Position numbers and translations under genes: made by a program | Shown here: positions 59,134 through 64,000 of the stretch, one piece after another | Layout: the number at the start of each line of letters is the position of its first letter | Numbering within the stretch: position 1 is the first letter of the stretch | Notes under the pieces: generated by a model | What the model was told of the DNA's origin: nothing | The model's database searches: none | Seen by the model: the letters and a program-made list of their open reading frames with translations, nothing else | Assembly: GCA_951406725.2 (NCBI GenBank) | Contig: OX597814.1 | Location: forward strand, 220,906,001 to 220,970,000 | Direction of reading: 5' to 3' | DNA length: 64,000 nt | From: Octopus vulgaris | Taxonomy: Eukaryota

Positions 59134-59925
59134 ATATACATATATATACATAATAGATACATAGCTTTTTGGGGAAGAAACCTATGAGTTTAACTGTCGA
59201 TTATTCTATCTTTAATAAACAAGAAAACAAGCTGTATTTATTCATAACTGAAATGTTAAAGTGTATCATTTATGTAGATAGAGAGGGCGAAGTCATGTAT
59301 TCGACGCCGTTCATGTTTATGACTGTGTGAACTCACTAATACTAGTTTGAGAAAATATTTTTTTCCGCCTGTACCGAAGACATAGACAAGTAAACAATGA
59401 AATATGATTGTTTACGGAGCTCTCCGGACGGTCAAATCAGCAAGGCGTCGAAATCTGATGCAGACAAAGCTGCAAGCTGAAATTTCTCTTCGCTTGAAGT
59501 CTTGTTTTGTCGTCTTTCTGTTGGTTTTTTTTTAAATGCTGATAATAGCGTGAAACTGGAGTTACTATAACAAGATCCTACTTAACTGTTTCTGATATTT
59601 TAGTCTCTACCTTCAGGCGTTCTCTCTTTCTCTCCCACCTCTTTCACATACGTTATTCCCCGTTCGACTTTGGCTAATTCTCTGTTGTTAGAGGTGATAA
59701 ATGTGTTCTATATCATTGGTGATTAATTAAATGTATACACGAATGTAATAAAAAAAAAAGAGCGTTATTCCTATTCATTCAGAAACGAAATAAATACATA
59801 GCTGATAAATGTGCGTGTATAATCAGTCTATCAGTAAATTTTATATGCAAATTATTATAGACTTTTTGTTTTGATGAGGTATAAAAGCTTTTGTATTTTG
59901 GTAAGTTATTTTGAAATAATACGAA

Positions 59926-60138
59926 GGCGGCGAGTTGGCGGAATCATTAGTATTCCGGACACAAATCTTCACAACATTTCGTCCCTCTTTATTTTCTGAG
60001 TTCAAATTCCACCGGGATCGAATTTGTGTTTCATCATTTCGAGGTCGATAAGATAAGTTCCAGTCGAGCACTAGGGTTCTTGCAATAACTTACAGCCTTT
60101 CCTCCAAAATTTTCAGGTCTTGTACCAATACTAGAACG
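59926..60138 (+). mobile_element. SINE family A monomer
   Basis: GGCGGCGAGTTGGCGGAATC head, B-box, central domain. Confidence 0.8.
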
Positions 60139-60179
60139 AAATGGTGGGCAAATGTTAATTATTCTAGTGGAACTAGCCA

Positions 60180-61620
60180 GCATGGTTGCTTCTATATGAA
60201 CTTACAATCTGGTTGTTTTGTCCCAGTTTTTATTGTTGCTGTGATTGGATCTTTTTGCTTTCGTTGACTGTGGTGGCTTGGGTGGATGGTGATATTGAAT
60301 CCCAAAGTCACTCCTGATAATAAGGACGGGGCAGTTTCCTTTACCGACTCAGAATCTGTTCCTGGTGTCACCCTACCACTGCAGATCTCTGATTTTATGT
60401 CGTGGCCTTTGTTCTTTTGGACTTTCTGTGCTTTTAGAAAGATTTTGTTTCCGCCTTTGCTTCACCAGTCTTATGCTGAAGTAGATCGGAATGGGAGTCA
60501 GTTCATCACTTTTTAGTGAGTATATCAGAAGGCTTTCTGTTCTCCTCGACGTTCGGAAAGCTCACCTGCAATCTACCGAACCCTATTCCTCGAACAACGT
60601 ATGTTTTTGTGCCTCAGATTGGTGTAAAACAATTTTCAATTAAATAACTAAATTAATGGTGTCAATAATGATCATTCTCGTTATCATAATTATTTTTTTT
60701 AACCCTTTTAATCCGAACTTTCCTGAGATCAAAAAAGGGGAAAAAGAGGGCAAGGCAGCAGAGGATGGAGGAGTAGGGATGATGAGCCACACAACTCGGA
60801 ACAAATGATGTGCTCAGTAGTGTCCAGCGGTAATGACCGTGATAGCGTTGCCGCGGGGAATGGTCAACGATATTTCAATTTGGTTTTGTGTATCTGGTTC
60901 CACTCGTTGGGGTTTCAGTCCTATACACCAATATAAAATACTTTTTTTTTTGTGCGTGTCCTCTTTGGTCTGTTGTGACATGCTTAAGGATACTGTTTTT
61001 CCAATCTTGGAAATTTTCTGCACTTTTCGAATCTTGCGACGCTAAAGAAAAATTGAATTGCTTCTTCCATTCTAATCGCATTAATGAAACTTAATAGTGA
61101 TGTTTGTTAGTTACGTATGGTGTTAGTAATGGTGTTAGTATACATACTACTAGTGGTCGCGGTGGTGGTGTTAATAGAATTGGTAAGTTTGTTTTTGTTG
61201 CTGTTAATGTTTTCGTTTTGTATTCGTTGAGGATGCTGTTCTTTTCCTTATTTTTGAAGTCGTCATCATTGTTGTTGCCGCTAACGCCACTTTTTATTGT
61301 GGTGGTGGTGGTGGTGGTGGTGATGGTTTCATTGCCGCCAACGATTCTTTCATTGTTTGCTGTAGTTGTTGTTTCTATCGCTTCTACCCGTTCCGTTGAC
61401 TTTGGTGGTGGTAGCACTTTAGCTTACGATCGAGAAGGCAGCGTCGAAACAGCTGATCGCAAATACTGTTTACTTCCATCCGGTACTCCGTCGGGGGTCA
61501 TGTTTTAATTTATAGAAAAGAAAAAGTAAGAAAAGCTAAGAAAAAGTAAAAGAAAAACCTCAGTATGGAGTAACCAAAATGGTACTGACCAGTTCCTCAG
61601 GATCATGGTTAGTTTAACAA
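60180..61620 (-). pseudogene. Probable 5' end/ORF1 remnant of a Tx1-like LINE
   Basis: Thr-rich N-terminus (LPPPKSTERVEAIETTTT) and IPRGNAITVITAGH segment parallel to ORF1 at 37400-38250. Confidence 0.45.
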
Positions 61621-62097
61621 CAACACTGAACAACAATTTTGAAAAACGGAGTTTGAAACAACTAAAACAAACAAAGATTACAAGCGATTTGAAGAGGCGT
61701 ATTGCAGATATAAAAACCGCTGCAACTACCACAATAATATCAATAATTCTGCAAGAAGAAATAATTAAAATAATTGATATTAAATACTTTCATCTTTGTT
61801 CTGGTTTCAAATTCGATGTCGATTTAATTTTTTTTTTTATCTCAGTCGAATAATATTAAAAAATATTAAACAATTAAAAATATAAACTCAATCGGTTATA
61901 TTTGTAATCACTAAGATACTGTACTCATGGCTATATTACAAGATATTATCATGAGATAGCTAACCATTTTGTGGATATTTCTTATAAGCTCATTTCAAGT
62001 TACTGATCATTTAAACATAGTTGCATGCACGCATGTATACACACGCACGTACACACACGCTTGTAGGTACATACATGCACACACATATAAATGCGCA

Positions 62098-62272
62098 TTT
62101 TTATGATAATTTTATGATATACACTTTTAATGATATTTTATGATAATTTTATGATATACACTTTTTATGATATTTTATGATAATTTTATGATATACACCT
62201 TTTATGATATTTTATGATAATTTTATGATAATTTTATGATAATTTTATGATATACACTTTTTATGATAATTT
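62098..62272. repeat. AT-rich minisatellite built from TTTTATGATA(A/T) and TATACAC words
   Basis: Directly visible. Confidence 0.9.
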
Positions 62273-62439
62273 ACAAACACAGAATTAAGGCTTCTTGGTG
62301 TTCATTCGTTATTTAGGGAAGGTAACAAATAAAAAGCGAAAGCAAAAGTGAATAAAACTAATATAAATACAGCTTTAATTAATTATAAGCAGAATTACTT
62401 TTACAACAGATCAGTTGGAAGTAAGATCTGAAGAAAGGC

Positions 62440-62680
62440 AGGAATGCGAAATTGCTTTGATATTCGTTTCCATCTTCTTCTCTGCAATGCCCGAGCTCAT
62501 AATGGGTAGGCTCCCAACTGGCGTACAAAGGTCATACCGCATAGATAGCAAGCTATTCAAGCATGGACGGTTCCGTACCATAACAAAGACCGTGATGCAT
62601 ACTGAAGTCTTTCAGTACATGGATGATGCCGCAATTAGTGATGTCTCGACAGAAGAATTAGAAACAATTAAAGACATCTT
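62440..62680 (+). pseudogene. RTE-BovB-like RT fragment
   Basis: FVSIFFSAM...YRIDSKLFKHGRFRTITKT...QYMDDAAI (cf. YRTDGKLFNxxRL...LFADDCAL). Confidence 0.65.
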
Positions 62681-62953
62681 CATATATATGTAAAATAATA
62701 GATTTATCCCATTAGTATATGTAAGTCCAGCCATTCCGGTATCTGAACAGACAGTGGAAAATCCAGGAGACTCGGTATCTGAATAAGCACTTATCACAGA
62801 GCGCAGACACTGATGAGGAGCTGAATACATATATAGCTAGATATGTATGTGTTTATAAAAGCAATGTATATACAGGCATAAACGTAGGTGTGTGAGCATA
62901 CATACATACATTCATACATACGTACATACATTCATATATATATATACAGAGAT

Positions 62954-62994
<41 letters not shown>

Positions 62995-63099
62995 CAATTA
63001 TATATATACGCGCACAGACATATATAGATATACAACCACGTATGTGTGTGAGCGTGTGTGCGTAACATGTAATATATATCTATAATACGGCTTAATGAC

Positions 63100-64000
63100 T
63101 ATCATATTGACAAATGATGTGACATGACTCTGAGTTTCATGCAATAACTACATCAAATTTCTCAAGGACGTCATTGAGACTGATAATTTTCAAAATATAC
63201 GCTGTCTTATTGGAGAGAAGTGCATAAATCCCATTATAGAACATTGAGTTTACCCATGACCTCAGAAGTAATTGCTTGTAATCTTAGTCTTTGTTATTGA
63301 TGTATTTCGTGGGTCATTCTATCATTATGATTTCTGCACAAGTAAAATCTTGTATCTCCAGTACTAAACTTATCAATAAAGTAGCTAACAAACAACCTCA
63401 TGAAAAGAAAAATCATTAAATAATACATATACAAGTCTGTTTAGTCGTCTGCTTCTGTGACTAGCTGCATGTCAAGGCAAAAGCTGGCTTGATAGCAACT
63501 AGCTTGCAAATGAATGTGAAAGGGAAATAAAGCTCTTGAGACATGAATATAATTTTGATCAGCAGCTCGAACCACTGTCTGGATACATTCATTGTGACAG
63601 TGAGGGCATTATCGATTTAAGAAAGAACATCGTGTTGACCTGCACTGACTCCAATTCCCGTCAAATCATCACACATAACCTGATATTTTCTGTCTGTATC
63701 ATGGCTTGTTTGCTTCGGGGAACCAAGTGAAATGGCTGTGTTCCTATATATGTTTGGACATCTACAATATAATTGCTGCATGAGTCACCTGTTCTTGATG
63801 ACAATTAATGCCATCGTGTTGAATTTGTACACGATAGCTATAGAAGTCAATGGATGAAGGCGTGTGGCTTTCATTTCTTTGCAAACCACCATTCCTCCAA
63901 GGAAACAGTAACATGTGTTGCAAAGGTGCATGAATACGGTGCATATAAAGGATTCTATGGAAACCACAATCTAGTTTGTGAGCGATGACACTGTAGTGAC
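63100..64000 (-). pseudogene. Helitron Rep/helicase N-terminal remnant (continues beyond window)
   Basis: HRIHAPLQHMLLFPWRNGG (cf. YDPLQYPLLFPxGxxGW), DFYSYRVQI, MQQ/YIVD, FTFIC (cf. FITFTCNP). Confidence 0.65.

Overview
AT-rich eukaryotic DNA with dense (TA)n, (TATG)n, (TCTA)n and (CA)n microsatellites and three tRNA-derived SINE families. The repeat complement resembles an octopus (coleoid cephalopod) genome; this is an inference from SINE and microsatellite style. No host protein-coding gene can be demonstrated, only three weak candidate exons. The window is mostly decayed transposons: a complete Buster/Charlie-type hAT element (TIRs plus 8-bp TSD), Tx1/L1-like LINEs next to (TCTA)n, R4/Dong-like LINEs in (TATG)n, a 5'-inverted RTE-type LINE split by a CR1, and mariner, Helitron, BovB and probable Maverick/Polinton remnants. 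The most interesting signal is a dispersed set of type I hammerhead-ribozyme (HHR) motifs, probably derived from Penelope-like elements (PLEs). Two sit head-to-head in a ~485-bp foldback (11582-12066). Several have long stem II insertions (13780, 20477, 24641). A non-canonical GTGATAA...GATACCGGAA core lies at the centre of a second ~390-bp foldback (7169-7555) and recurs at 62.7 kb. All calls were made by eye, without searches or folding software.
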